A stretch of 64,000 nucleotides of DNA, from the NCBI GenBank assembly GCA_977030845.1, contig OZ365118.1, positions 4,216,001 to 4,280,000 of the forward strand, read 5' to 3'. The DNA is from Fimbriosthenelais zetlandica (Eukaryota). Below the pieces are notes generated by a model. It saw nothing but the letters and a program-made list of their open reading frames with translations, was not told where the DNA came from and made no database searches. Both the position numbers and the translations under genes were made by a program. Below are positions 43,301 through 64,000 of the stretch, in pieces; position 1 is the first letter of the stretch, and the number at the start of each line of letters is the position of its first letter.

Positions 43301-45925
43301 ACTATTGGAGTATTAGGCGGATAAAAGGACTATTCTTTAACTAAAAGGATAATTTATTCAATGTTACTTCCATAAGACACTTTCACTATCATCAACTACC
43401 TGCAGTAATGTCTTAGAAATAAGAATATTTAACTGGTATCTTTCCAGAAAAATAAGATCGGGTATGTCAAAAGAACCAGATGAATGTTTAGTTTACAGCC
43501 GTGGCCTGGGGGCGTTTAGGGTATGAAGTGAGTGTGAGAGGTGGTTGTTTTTACCAGGTAGAGGTAGAGGTAGGTCTACATGTGTCAGGTAGACATCTGG
43601 ACCACCTTATCTCACACAATAAGCCGTCTTTACAGGTAGATTTACTTAGAAAACATTCAGTCTAAACCCTCCCCATCAGATGGGTGTTTCCTTCACATGG
43701 AAACTAACTCCAGCTTGTTACAGAAATGTCTGCCAGATGGAGGTGGTTAGATCATGACTAGACTAGTATAGACTTGCCCCGGTCTCAGTTCAGAAATGCA
43801 TTAAACAGAATAAAATATATTCTTAATTCATTACCTGGAAAGTTGGGGACTATAAGCCCCTTTAGGCAAAGGGACTGTTCTCTATTAAAGTTAAATTAGA
43901 GAGTGATTTTTGTTCATCATCATGTACAAAAAATATTGTGAAGAGACAGGGCAAGTTGAGACCCCCAGCAAAGATGGATTTGGAAGTATTCATGAAGACA
44001 GTACTTGACACTTCTGTGTGTGGAGTAGAGGAGTCGGTGGTTGGAGGTTCACTCCACCAGACTGACTTAGATACAAGCCACTAATGAGCCCCGACTGTCT
44101 CCCCCACCCTCACACAATGCATTTTACATGTAAGGATAACAGAGAGTGGAAGGGGGAAATAATGTGATGACTTTAAAATAATCTCTCTTCTTTTCCAAGT
44201 ATGAAAAGAAGACCAATTTTCTTATCAATCTAAGACCGATATTTTTGAACTTTGGTACATGTACTCTTTCCAGTATGGAAGGTTTTCATTGCACATAATA
44301 GTTGAAGATGTTATAGGGTATAAATCTAGAAGAAGATTAATATGACAGCACATTAACGTTTAGTCATCAGCTAGTACATGTACTAGCACAGACTATAGTA
44401 ACACGATGCGCAGTTTAGGTTTAATGTATTTGTGCGTAAAAACATTTCCTTTTCTCCCACCAATTGTGTTAGAGTGAGCCATTCCGTGTTGAATGGCAGG
44501 GGACAATAATTGTCTGTGATCAACACTTAAGGATAATTCAATGACTGGTGGGGAGAGGAGCTGTGAGGGGAACTGGGGAGAGGGAGAAGGCCGGGAAAAA
44601 AGTCTCTCCCTCTCCTTCTCTGCTTTAGCTAATTACAGCTTGCCTGGACTTGACATAATGAACAAATACTATTAGGAGGATAATTGCAAAGCAGATGACG
44701 GGGGATTTCTCCAGCCCTGGCGTGGCTTTTTTCTCATTCACAATCTAACAATCCTACATTCTCTTATCGTAACGTTTTACTTCATGCCATACTGCTGAAT
44801 TAATTTCATCATCACATCTTAACTTCTCTCGTATTCTCATTTCTCAATCATTCTCATCTAGATCCCTGGCATTTCCTTTTCAATATTTCCCCATATATCT
44901 TGTAATTTAAACCATTTTCTTAATAACAGGTCGATTTAACATTGGTGGATCAGGCCCCTAAGTCAGCAGTCTGCTTTAATATATGCTCCACACTGTGCGA
45001 CTTTATGCCATACTGCTATATATGCTAAATACATTTGCTTTCTTTATTACATTTGAGCATAAATGGAGCATTCTGCTATGAATTTCTAGCATGCATTGAA
45101 TGACAAGTCCATCATGTATTGCTTTGGATATGTTTCCAAGCTTTCATCCTTGAGACTTTTACAGCAAAACTGAATAGAATTCAGCATAAAATCAGGGCTG
45201 GCTTAGCATTGTCCCCGGATATCAGCACTCAGTGGAATCTAAAAATGTATCGATCACTTCAATGACAAAGCCTGACAGACAGCTGAGAGATCAAGGACTG
45301 GTTGACAGTGACGGGTGTTAATGATGAGAGATAGGGAGAGGCTGCTGTCACATGTTAATGATGGGAATAGAGGGGGAAGCTGTCACATAACTGATATATG
45401 TGACAATGCTGTGATGGGAGACATCATCAAAGCTGCCACACCCATCCCCACACTTTCATCTATGTTACATATAATGTGACTACATTTGATGTACTGTCAC
45501 ACTGATGACAGTCTACTGTCAGCCTCGTCTACATGCATGGCTGTATACCTGTCACAAGTAAATATCAAACTTCAATTATGTCATCTTAATTATGACACAT
45601 TTAGGATTATATGTTCATAATCAATTCCATTAATGAACATTTGAGTATTATAAGAGTGAAGGGTGTTACTCAGTCTATTTTCAGAGTAACTGACATAGAA
45701 CTATTAGTCTATTTCTGCTCTGAAGTAATAATATAGAACATCTTATATTAACACCTCCAGCTTCTCGTACTTCTCAGGAGTGACTCGCATTACTTGTACA
45801 ATGATGAAACATTGTTATTGATTCCCAGACTGCTTACAGGTTCACATAGATTACAAACCTCCAATCATTCTGAAACACTTCAGTAAAGATACTGTACAAA
45901 GTCTCTTTGCTACTAGTTTGTCCCG

Positions 45926-46226
45926 TTATTATTTTTTTAGTTAGAATGTTTATAGAGCCTGTTATGGGTGAATACCAGCTCACACTCTTGATTCCTCAAG
46001 TTTCTCGTATGATTTTCAGCTGGGGGCTCTTTCTATGTACATTACTACATTGCCTTCTGTGCAATGGATATTTCTAGGTGCATGTGCTTTAGAACATATG
46101 TACAACTGCGAGGAGGGAGGCATTAGGAATGCCTTGGACAGCTCGGGGGATTGAACCGCCGACCCTTCGATCATTGGTCAACCACCCTGTCTGAGCTGGC
46201 GCTCTAACCAACTGAGCCAACTCCCC
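45926..46226 (-). mobile_element. tRNA-derived SINE, ~300 bp
   Basis: Minus strand begins GGGGAGTTGGCTCAGTTGGTTAGAGCGCC (A box 46219-46208, intact D stem) with B box GGTTCAATCCC (46157-46147); acceptor and T stems do not pair; ends in an A/AAT-rich tail (~45938-45926). The 3' end is approximate. Confidence 0.7.
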
Positions 46227-49200
46227 TTCACTGATTTATGACAGATAATCCACACAGGAGGGGCTTCTCTAATGTACAAATGTAACAAAGACTGGAGTGT
46301 AAGCCTATATAGAGCCATGGTATAAAAGGTCATGGAGGCGTTGAGGGCAGGAGGAGGAAGGCGGGGAGGAGACACATTAATCTACATAAGGCAATGTGCT
46401 GGTGTCACTTCATCGCCCATCATGGTCCATCAACATCAATTTAAAACGTTTAAGCATCGTAAAGGTCAGCACCGACAGGCTCTAGACACAGACAAGGGAT
46501 GTCCTCGCTAATTAAAACTTCAGACTAAAACTTGGTGAACCTAACGCATCTACAGACTCAAGTACCTATTGTTTGTAAGCAAGAACAGTCACCAAGAATG
46601 GATAAACTCGAGAAAAACATATTGATAAGCATCAGCCATAATTTCTCTAAAACGTTATCACTATTAATTGCATTAAAATATGTAAATGGCATATATTAAA
46701 TGGCATGTAAAATTGGTTTCCAAACACACAACTCCTGGAAGGAGTCACATATAACCAATGGAAGTATAATTGACAACAGAAAGTATCAAGATATATTATG
46801 CTTGAAAATCTTAAATATCTAAATATCTATCATTGCGAATATCACATTTTAGGATACATGTCAAAGAGTCCCATTCCCCTCTCCGCCTTCCATTATCTTA
46901 TAAGATGTCATACGTTTCACTCTCACAAAAACAAGTGTCAGCCTTTGGCTTATATGAAACGGAAGGTAATGAGACAAGAGGAAGAATGGCACGGGAAAAA
47001 GGCGAGCAGTGGCGGCCTTTGCTTTGTATAAAAGAGAGATGATAAAAGAAGAATAGAAAAGGCGGGGGAGTTCACTTACAGGGATGAGAGTGGAGGATGC
47101 GGGAGGAGAGGGGCAGGTGGAAGATTCCCAGGCTGAATGGCTGGCTGGTGGAATATAAAAAAACACCTGTAATAAGATGACTACCTGGATGAATACGTTA
47201 TACATCAATTCATGACAGGTGTCGCGGCCTGCCAGAAAGCTAAAGCCATCACAACTTTCCCAAATAATTATCTTTAATATTTTATCAAAAATTTTGTCTG
47301 GGAATTTTCACTAGAGTTTTAAACATTTTAATCACATTCTTATGTGTGGTTGTGCCAACGCAAAACAGAATTTCATCTTGAACATTTTACTATACATGTA
47401 ACCAAAAAGAACCTAAACTAATTACAAGAATTTCCCTGGAAGGACAGTTCTGTTTAGGAGTACAGGAATGTATAAAATCATGGCAGTGTGCAGGCAAGCT
47501 GTCAGTAAAAACAAGGCTGTATGAAACTGCCTCGAGAAAAATCAGAAAAGCTTGAAAATACAGACTTTTGTGAGGGAAATGCAGCCTATATTTATGTAAG
47601 CGATTTTTGCCGCAGAAAGCCATCCATGGAAGCTTTGGGGAGTTTTCAGAACACGATTACCACCCTGTGGGGATTATAAAATCACAACCCGTACTTGGAA
47701 CCTTTCTTTTCCTCCCATCTTCTGTAATTATCCCAAACGCTTCTGTCCTCAACACCAAAGCTACAAATCACGTTTCATCATTTTTTAATTACTTGCTTAT
47801 TGGATGAGGAGACCTGAGAAAGGCTGTCCACAGCTCGCTGCGTGTTTTAAATCACGGGAGGATCGGGAGGAGAATTCCTGACGATATTCTCACATTATTC
47901 TCATGTGAATGGAATCTAAAACCCGGGCTGCGACATGCAGGGTTCAGCCAGTAAAACCCACGGTTCTCAGCCCTTCCCAGTCTCCCAATCCCAACTAAAC
48001 ACTCACTTTTTAAATACATTTGCCAGCAGCACCAAGAAATGCATGCCCAAATGATGGAAGCAATTTTGGAGATTTCATTTTTAAATTGAGATGGCCATGC
48101 AGAGATACTATAATTTGTAACATGTATGGTTCTAGGAAGGGTAAAGTTAAGTGAAGGGAAGAGAGAAATGTAAGGGTTTCACCCGGGAATTGTTTTCTAA
48201 AATTGCTCCTGCCAAAGTGGAAACGGAAAGACCCAGAAACCAATCGATCCATTTAGAGTGAGGCGTCTGGAGTAAAGCCAGGATACTGGCAAGCTTTGTT
48301 TATCATTGTCAAGTGCATGCAGATCCTATTACAGCACTGACTTCTATTTTAGGATGCATTCCACTTTTAGGCTGGATCTCTGGTATCTCAGGGGGAGGGA
48401 GTTGCAATGCCATGAACAACCGTTGCATTTATCCTGAGAATAACTGATTGGACTTCTATCCAACCGATAAGATATTGACAGTGGAAAAGGCCCTTTAATT
48501 GGGAATTTGGGCGGGTAGGGTGGAATATAATTTGGCTCTGGTGATCCTGTCACATATGAGAGAGATAGTCAAGTTATATACATGTATAAATGAGCTGGCT
48601 ATATAGGCTGGAGATGGGACGAGGGGAGCTAATTGATCCCGGTACAGATCAGCTAGATTAACTAACAGCTAAACAAGAGTCGGGGTATACCAGCAGGACA
48701 ACCAAATATAAAATATCAGGACGTTATTCGATAAGTGTATACAAAGCTTTCCTCTTCCTCAAATCATTAGATGTTGGGTAGAAATAAGGGAGATATGAAC
48801 AATGATAGGAGAAATATGTCTTGTTACTTGAAGATGGACATCAAATGTACATCAATCGAAGGACCACCTCTGTCCAACATTCCTACAGTCTAAGAGTTAC
48901 AGAAGGTAAGGGGAAAAGCAGAAGAGCAGCAAAGATTAAAAACGGCGGTGTACAGATAAAAAAGCACACCATGAGAGATATATATTGACATGGGTGTATC
49001 GATCTCTCCCTCTCCCTCAAGCCTCTGTCTCTCACATCAGGAAGAGAATCGTTTTCAAATTGAGTTTTTCATCCCGCAGCGTGCCGGGTTTATACCAGGT
49101 TTGATCTAACATCATCTGGGACTAATATCTTCATTCTGATCCTCTCTGGATACATCAAAGCTGCGTCAGCTCTGATCAAAGCTTCCCCCGCTCACTCCGC

Positions 49201-52200
49201 TAACCAGGGGCGTACCAAGAGCGTACCAGGGGCGTACCAGGAGTAGCGAGGACAATGAGATATTAAACTCAAACCCTCCCGCCCTCAATCAATCAGTGAA
49301 GGATCGTCAAAAAACCGCTGGCACACACAGGCAATTATATTGAATCACAGACATAGATCTTGTTTTTTTCTTCTTGAGAGGAAAAGATCAATTCTCAGAT
49401 CGGATTTTTATCATGATAATGGAGAGTGGGTGAAAGACCTGAAAGGTGGAGTTTGGTTTCCTTGTTCAAACTGGGATTTCTTTCATCAGAATTGATATCT
49501 CTTTAAGAGGGAAATCAAGGGAAATGACCGAAATATTATCTGTAGGTTATGATTTGGGAATGCCACTCAGTCATTGTCAGGGCGGGTCCGGCTGTTCATG
49601 GGTCAGAAACTAAAAGAACTGGTTCAATGTAATCAGCGTTATAGTTGATTTAATCAGGTAATGGCTGATTTAATCAGGTCAATAGACGCCACCTTGATTG
49701 ACACAACACTGGATGACAGTCATTCTCCAGAGAACATGGCAAACACTGCGCTAGTCACTCTAATAAAACCATGCTCATCTTAACATGTTCAATTGGTAAA
49801 TTCTTACTAAACTCAAGAGTTCTACTTAAGATAGATATCCACCAAAGCTGCTGGAGGATAATCTTGATGGAATAAATAGTGGATTAGCATTGAGCAGTAT
49901 TATATCCCAGCTTATAGGAGCAGGGACTATATCAGATTATAGCCCTGAGGGACAAAGCAATGAGAGCGCTCCTTAAGCAACACTGGCCACTTTATTATAA
50001 GAGACACCCCCTCAATATTACCTAATATCATTGTGGGCAGTGGTGGGGGACCTCTGATACTGGGGGCACTAGAGGGCCTCACCTCTACTGCCAGCTGGGC
50101 TGTGAAGGACATCAAGAATTAATGTGTATTCACGCTATATAAGCGACCACCAAGCAACACCTTTAGGCAACCCCATACATATATATACAGATCTGTATTT
50201 GAGGGAGGTTTCTTGGACTGGGAAATGAGATATTGACTGAGGCTGGTATGGAGTGGTTGAGTAGATGTGTACGGGCATGGATGTGAGTGTGGGTGCATAT
50301 TATATGAATATCACCCCACATCAACCCACCACAGATTGTATGTCAAAGACCAATAGTGATAACGCAAGGAAACATTGTGAATATTTTACCAGATAAAGTA
50401 ATACGAAAACCCATAAGAAAACATAGTCATGAGTGCTCTCTTAGTGATTGTAGATCTTTAGGTTACTAATGGAAAAATGTAGATATATAAGAAATAAATA
50501 CCTTGTCATGTTATATATATGAGCATGCCTTACTAGTCTAATCATGGGATGCACCCAGCTCATTTGTACCTATGTCATTCTGTCGCACATCAATGATCAC
50601 GTGACTACCTTCGACATGACGCGAGGAGTCAGAACGGATCAGGAAGTACGGGGGCAAAACCTTCTCATATGCTAAAAAAATAAAGAGGAAGGCTCACCTG
50701 AATATGTGGCTGGAGAGCATCTATTAGATGCTGACGACGGTAGATACTTGGTTGCATATAAATTCTTGTCACTGGAAAGTTAATGAAATTTTACATATAA
50801 ATTCTGTAAATTCTCAATTCTTCTCTTAAAATTAACGTTCAATCAAGGTAGGATAATTTAAATACAAGGTGGAGTGACTTTCGGTGAAAAAAATGGGGGA
50901 ACAGGAGGTTTTTCTGTCTGGTAATTTTCCCAGGTGTTTGTTGATCATACTTTGTAACAAAGAAGATCATGAAATGGAAGAAAAGGAGCATGACGGGAAT
51001 TGGTCGCAGATATACGATCTGCCTCAGGTCTCATGTTGCCAATTCATGAAGAAACTGTAGACCGGGCCGAGTATTGGAAAATAAAAAGACAGGTCGCCAG
51101 GTTTTAGGCAATCGGCAAAAACTGGCAAAGCATGGGGCAATCGGCAACACTTGTGACCGAGCCATTGTCTTTCTATATTATGTGCCAATATTGACCAACT
51201 GATATTATTAACTAGCTTTCTAAGCCAATGTTGAGGATAGTTTGAATGGCACTTCCTGAGAGACTATATGGGCCTGGAGCTCCATGTCGTCTGATATGAG
51301 AGTCCAGGCACGCTTCTCAGGTCACTATCATAGAGCGTGGGTGGAGAAAAAGACGCGGAAAAGGCGAAAGAATCAGACCTGGACAAATCAAACAAACTAG
51401 TTCCAATGTTACCGGGTAACCCAATGACCCTTAATGTGGGACTCTATGAGGTGAGAGCTGGTGTGAGGAGCAGTTAGGAGGAGTAAAATATGACCAGCGA
51501 GCTGCTCCTCACACCACTTGCTATCTTATTTAGAAACACTCAGAGATAAAAAGTGAGTCCATCAGTCATGGAGCTGGCAGAAAGCTGGAGACATTAATTT
51601 ACAGGTGCGGCTTCCTCAACCCAGTCAGACAAGCTTATACCTTCATCATCAGTCTCTACTTTTACCAGCTTTTACCATATATCAAATATTTCACATTAAC
51701 AGTTGTTAATGATTGACTAATATGTTTTTCAATATTTCGATGACCAAATGACTTCCAATGTCAAATATTATGTAATGGTATAGATCCCTTTAGAAATGTT
51801 CCTAAATCATTTGGGGAAAGCTGTCAATGAATATGGGAGAATATTTTTGGTACACAAAAATGAACCCTTAACCCTATGTATAAACACTTGGTACCAATCA
51901 TGTGATATTTGGCATTAAGAACCCATAACCTGTGAGGGCGTTCAGGTTGTAATCTAATACAGCAGGTATTGGGTTTGAGCAGACATTGTAGGTTACTTTT
52001 CGCCTGATAATTGATGGGAACTTCTACATGGTTATGAGGGAGGAGTTCCACTTGTCTTCTCCACTTACAGAAAGCTCACGAAAGCAAAAAGAAAAGGTTA
52101 CATCTTGTGGATAAAAACGGAAAATCTGGGCGGAAAAACAGTTATTAACCCCTTGGCATTTAGTCAGCGTACTGCCATCAATCAAAAGTACGGAAATGGA

Positions 52201-53739
52201 GGGAAAAGTCTTCTCAAAAAAAGGATTGTAGGCACGTTTGTAATGTAATAGAACTACTCAATGACCATGGAAACTTAGGTCAAAACACACAGCATTGATA
52301 AAAGGAATATAAGATTGAAGTTAATGGAGAATATCGGCCGTGGTGGGGGATACTAATTAAGGTCATTGTTTCTACCACCACGTGGCCTGGTACAAAGGCC
52401 AACTGTCATTTACTACTTGGTTTCCATGGCAACCAATAAAAGGTGGTGGTTGAAGGAGATGGGTGACATCAATGGAGGAATGGTGCAAACAAATAAAAAC
52501 ATGGGGGATACCTCCCTGCCGACTCTCATTGCTAGGCCCGGGGGTGGGTTTCTCAACTCAAATATTTCTCATATGAACATGTCGTTAAATTTACCCATTT
52601 TTCTGGTGTATTTAATGGGATTTTGATAGGGATGATTCCATCATGAATAATCTAATTCTCAAAGGTAAAACATCCAGTGGAATAACAGCATTGCCTTCAT
52701 CTCATTCTGTGTAAATACCAGCTTTTTGTAAGTTTTTTTATGATACGTTTCCCCTTTGTTAAGAGAGAGGAGCGGAGGCTAGGGTCAAGGTCATACAATT
52801 AACCTTTCCGTGGAGACGCGCCCACCCTGCTTAGTCCTCAATTTAAATGTAAGGAGAAAAACACTCTGCTGAAAGACATTGTACTCTTTTTCTCTGCTGC
52901 TAAATTTTAAATTTCAGAGCCAACAGTAACCATTTGCAAAATTAACATTTATTCATAGAATAAATCAGGCCTCCCAGGGGCCATGTGAAAAAAACTCAGA
53001 GGAAATCCGGGGATTTTTCAATAGAAATCTAATGGGAAATGTTTCCCCTATATCCATAATGTGTATTCTGTGGTAAATAATAAGTAGGTGCTATCACCGG
53101 GTACAAACTCATCACTGATTAGACATTTTCAATAAAAAAAATCCATAACAAATAACTTAACATATAACAAAATATAACACTTAAAAATGTAATCAAAACA
53201 ACTGTAAAACATAAAGTGAAATACAGTAGTCTCAGGATCACCTCAGTAAACCGAACATCTCACTTAGTTCAGACTTAAAGGTCATCACATTAGTCGGACT
53301 CTACTGTATTTCCTTTCCTGGAAATGCCATCAGCCCAACTAACCTTATTATGCGTTAAAATGATTATCTCTAAGACCTAGTAGTTAGACTGTTAGTTGGG
53401 CTGTGGGTATTAGTTAGTATTTGTAATCAACACTTAATGTCTATAAGAGCTGGAGTTCATATCTGTGTGAACGGAAGACGTATAGTGTCCATATAGCAGT
53501 ACATGGTAATCCAGCTACCTCATGCTCCATGAGGATTTAACGTCATTAACACTAGAAAGTACCTGATTCCTCTTATAGTATAGTCCTCGCTGCTTCAGTC
53601 CTCTCACCATCTCTCACTGTCTACAAAATCCAATATGTTACTGGACTGTCCATCAGGACTAGATAGTCTTATAGTTGTTTTGCCAAACTATTGCACAAAT
53701 GATTCACATTATGATACGTGAAGTTCAGTGAGAGGAGCG

Positions 53740-62005
<8,266 letters not shown>

Positions 62006-62369
62006 TTTGAAGACGCGGTAAGTGGAGCCTTTCCTCTCTCTCTCAATCACAGATTCTCACTGACTGAACCTGGATCTTGTCCCCACGAGGACACGATTCC
62101 AAAATTATCCCAAACTCCGAAACAAAGAGATACCACTCTTCCAAATTTGGTCAGACACACGAATATGACATTAGGTGACCCTCTAGATCCGAAAAACTAA
62201 CCAGTGGCTTCTTCAAATCTGCAGAAAGTTGAATTTCCGATGTGTATTCCTCTTCATTGATGCTCAGTTTAGCTTGGGCGGATGTGTGGTGAAAATGGTG
62301 AAAGTTGCAGCCGGCTGGCGGGCTGGTTAAACCAACCCGCTACAACGTCCAGATGGCGCTGTAAACAAG
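62006..62369. promoter_or_regulatory. Shared (bidirectional) promoter and 5' UTR region between AADAT and RNF121
   Basis: Divergent start codons 364 bp apart; CpG-richer than flanks; AGATGGCG (YY1-like) at 62351-62358. Confidence 0.75.
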
Positions 62370-64000
62370 ATGGAGGACCACGTTGACAAAATGAGAGGAG
62401 GACACCATCCACTGCATTTTGAATCCAATATGGTAAGCAAAGTTGGCTTTATAAACCAATCATCAACCGCGTATTGAATCCCAGAGTCATGTAGATATGT
62501 AAGGTGTCGCGATCGGCGGCGATAATGGTATTTTTCCGCCGGTAATCGGCATGTTTTGGATGCCGACTTGTCGTCGCTCCGGCCCGCTAGCGTAATGTCA
62601 TTCAACCCCTCACCATCACACCTGTGTGTGGCTGTGGTGGACGCTTGGTAGACACGTCGTTTCCAATGCTTCCCCTGTTTGAATGAGAAAATACGTCATA
62701 ATAACATCCACTATTATTCCATGATTATCGTATGTTAATAGTAAGATGAAAGCTTTGCTGTTTTGGTCAAGGAATCGTGTATTGACACATCAAAGTGCCA
62801 CGCCTCCTTGGCTTAGCCTTAAGCCTTAAGCCCCGCAACCCACGACAGCTGCTGCCCAATGGCAATGTCTCCATTGACATGTTGTATAATATTATTTACT
62901 GCCAGGATTGACCATATAACCTTTGAAATGAATGGTTTGCGGCTTTGTCAATTGGTAGAGTACAAAGAATCCTATTGATACATTCTGTCCCTTGGGGAGA
63001 TTTCTAACTCTGTCACTGAAGGGCTAAATTGCCAATGGTTGTCTCCTCTTTATTTTGCATGATGAAGCTAAACTGAAGTAAATCGACAGGAGATTAATTT
63101 TTCACTTACTAACAACGTAGACTTTCCCTGGAGGAAAGCATTGAAGAGGGAAATGCCTAACAAAATCTTCCCCCGCTATCGCTCGGATCATTTCTCTCTA
63201 CTGAAGGTAGTGTCTATTACATGTGGGGTTGGATGAAGGGAGGATTCTTTCTTTTTTCAGTCATCATTTTCCATGGTTTAGGCGTGTTCTGTTGGGTGAA
63301 GCATTTGAATCATTATTTTTGGTTGTGTTCCCAATCCCCAGTTCCAGAGGAATGCATGGTGACACATATTATTTATGATGTAATATTGAAATCATTACAA
63401 TACACTGTGCGGATTTAGGTTATTTTATGGTTTTAAAATCTGTCATTAATTATATTTTCTACCAAATCTTTCAGTCAGTGGATCTGTCCAAACTCACAGA
63501 CGAGGAGAGATGGAAGTGAGTATCCTTCTATAAATCTTTCTTTCACATGGATATCAAATACAGTTGGTTATTTTTTTAAGTAACTTTTGATTTGTTTGTG
63601 TTTTTTTTTAGGATTGAACACCAGCGTCTTCATGAGAAGCATCGTGGTCACGAGGCCATGCACGCAGAAATGGTCCTCATCCTGCTAGGCACACTGATAG
63701 TCGCCCAGATATTACTGGTACAGTGGAAACAACGACACTTCAAATCTTATCAGGTACCTTCATCTGTCAATAATGTTTTAAACAGATACTAAAATTAAGC
63801 CTCATTTGTAGTAGTGCTCACAGCAGCACACACAGGTATGGTATTATATTGCATGAAGTCTAAAAGCTCCCAAACTCATTAATAAAATATTTTGTCAAAA
63901 TCAACTTTTCATTTCAGATTGCTACACTAGCAGGGATGTGGGTCATTCCGATCGTGCTTTGCCTGAGGTTCCACTGGTGGCGCTTTATCGCCATCTGGTC
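62370..64000 (+). CDS. RNF121: RING finger protein 121 (RNF121/RNF175 family), 5' partial; coding exons 62370-62432, 63475-63515, 63612-63753, 63918->64000
   Basis: Spliced translation MEDHVDKMRGGHHPLHFESNM-SVDLSKLTDEERWK-IEHQRLHEKHRGHEAMHAEMVLILLGTLIVAQILLVQWKQRHFKSYQ-IATLAGMWVIPIVLCLRFHWWRFIAIW; HRGHEAMHAEMVLIL and QWKQRH are family hallmarks; all GT-AG and phase-compatible. Exon 1 is inferred from phase and a strong GTAAGC donor. Confidence 0.95.

Noticed and set aside
46140-46226. Functional tRNA gene
   Set aside because: Acceptor and T stems do not pair and the anticodon loop is abnormal; better explained as a SINE head.
62327-62605. 92-aa minus-strand ORF
   Set aside because: Antisense shadow of RNF121 exon 1 and its CpG-rich intron start; no homology recognised.

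Overview
Metazoan (probably invertebrate bilaterian; species not identifiable from sequence alone) genomic DNA with GT-AG introns. All recognisable genes sit in the last ~10 kb. (1) A complete 13-coding-exon kynurenine/alpha-aminoadipate aminotransferase gene (AADAT/KAT II, minus strand, 62005..53740, 435 aa). (2) A selenocysteine tRNA gene (plus strand, 58147-58233) with TATA box, PSE-like element and T-run terminator, nested antisense in AADAT intron 11. (3) An uncharacterised 546-aa single-pass membrane protein encoded by one coding exon (54646-56286, plus strand), nested antisense in the 3.6-kb AADAT intron 12. (4) The first four coding exons of RNF121 (plus strand), head-to-head with AADAT with 364 bp between start codons. 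The first ~53 kb has no protein-coding feature I can recognise. It holds minisatellites, a young Harbinger-type MITE with a TAA duplication, a tRNA-derived SINE, several hairpins and clusters of transcription-factor-like motifs, and may be the regulatory or 5' intronic territory of the nested membrane-protein gene. No database searches were possible; homology calls rest on recalled sequences.
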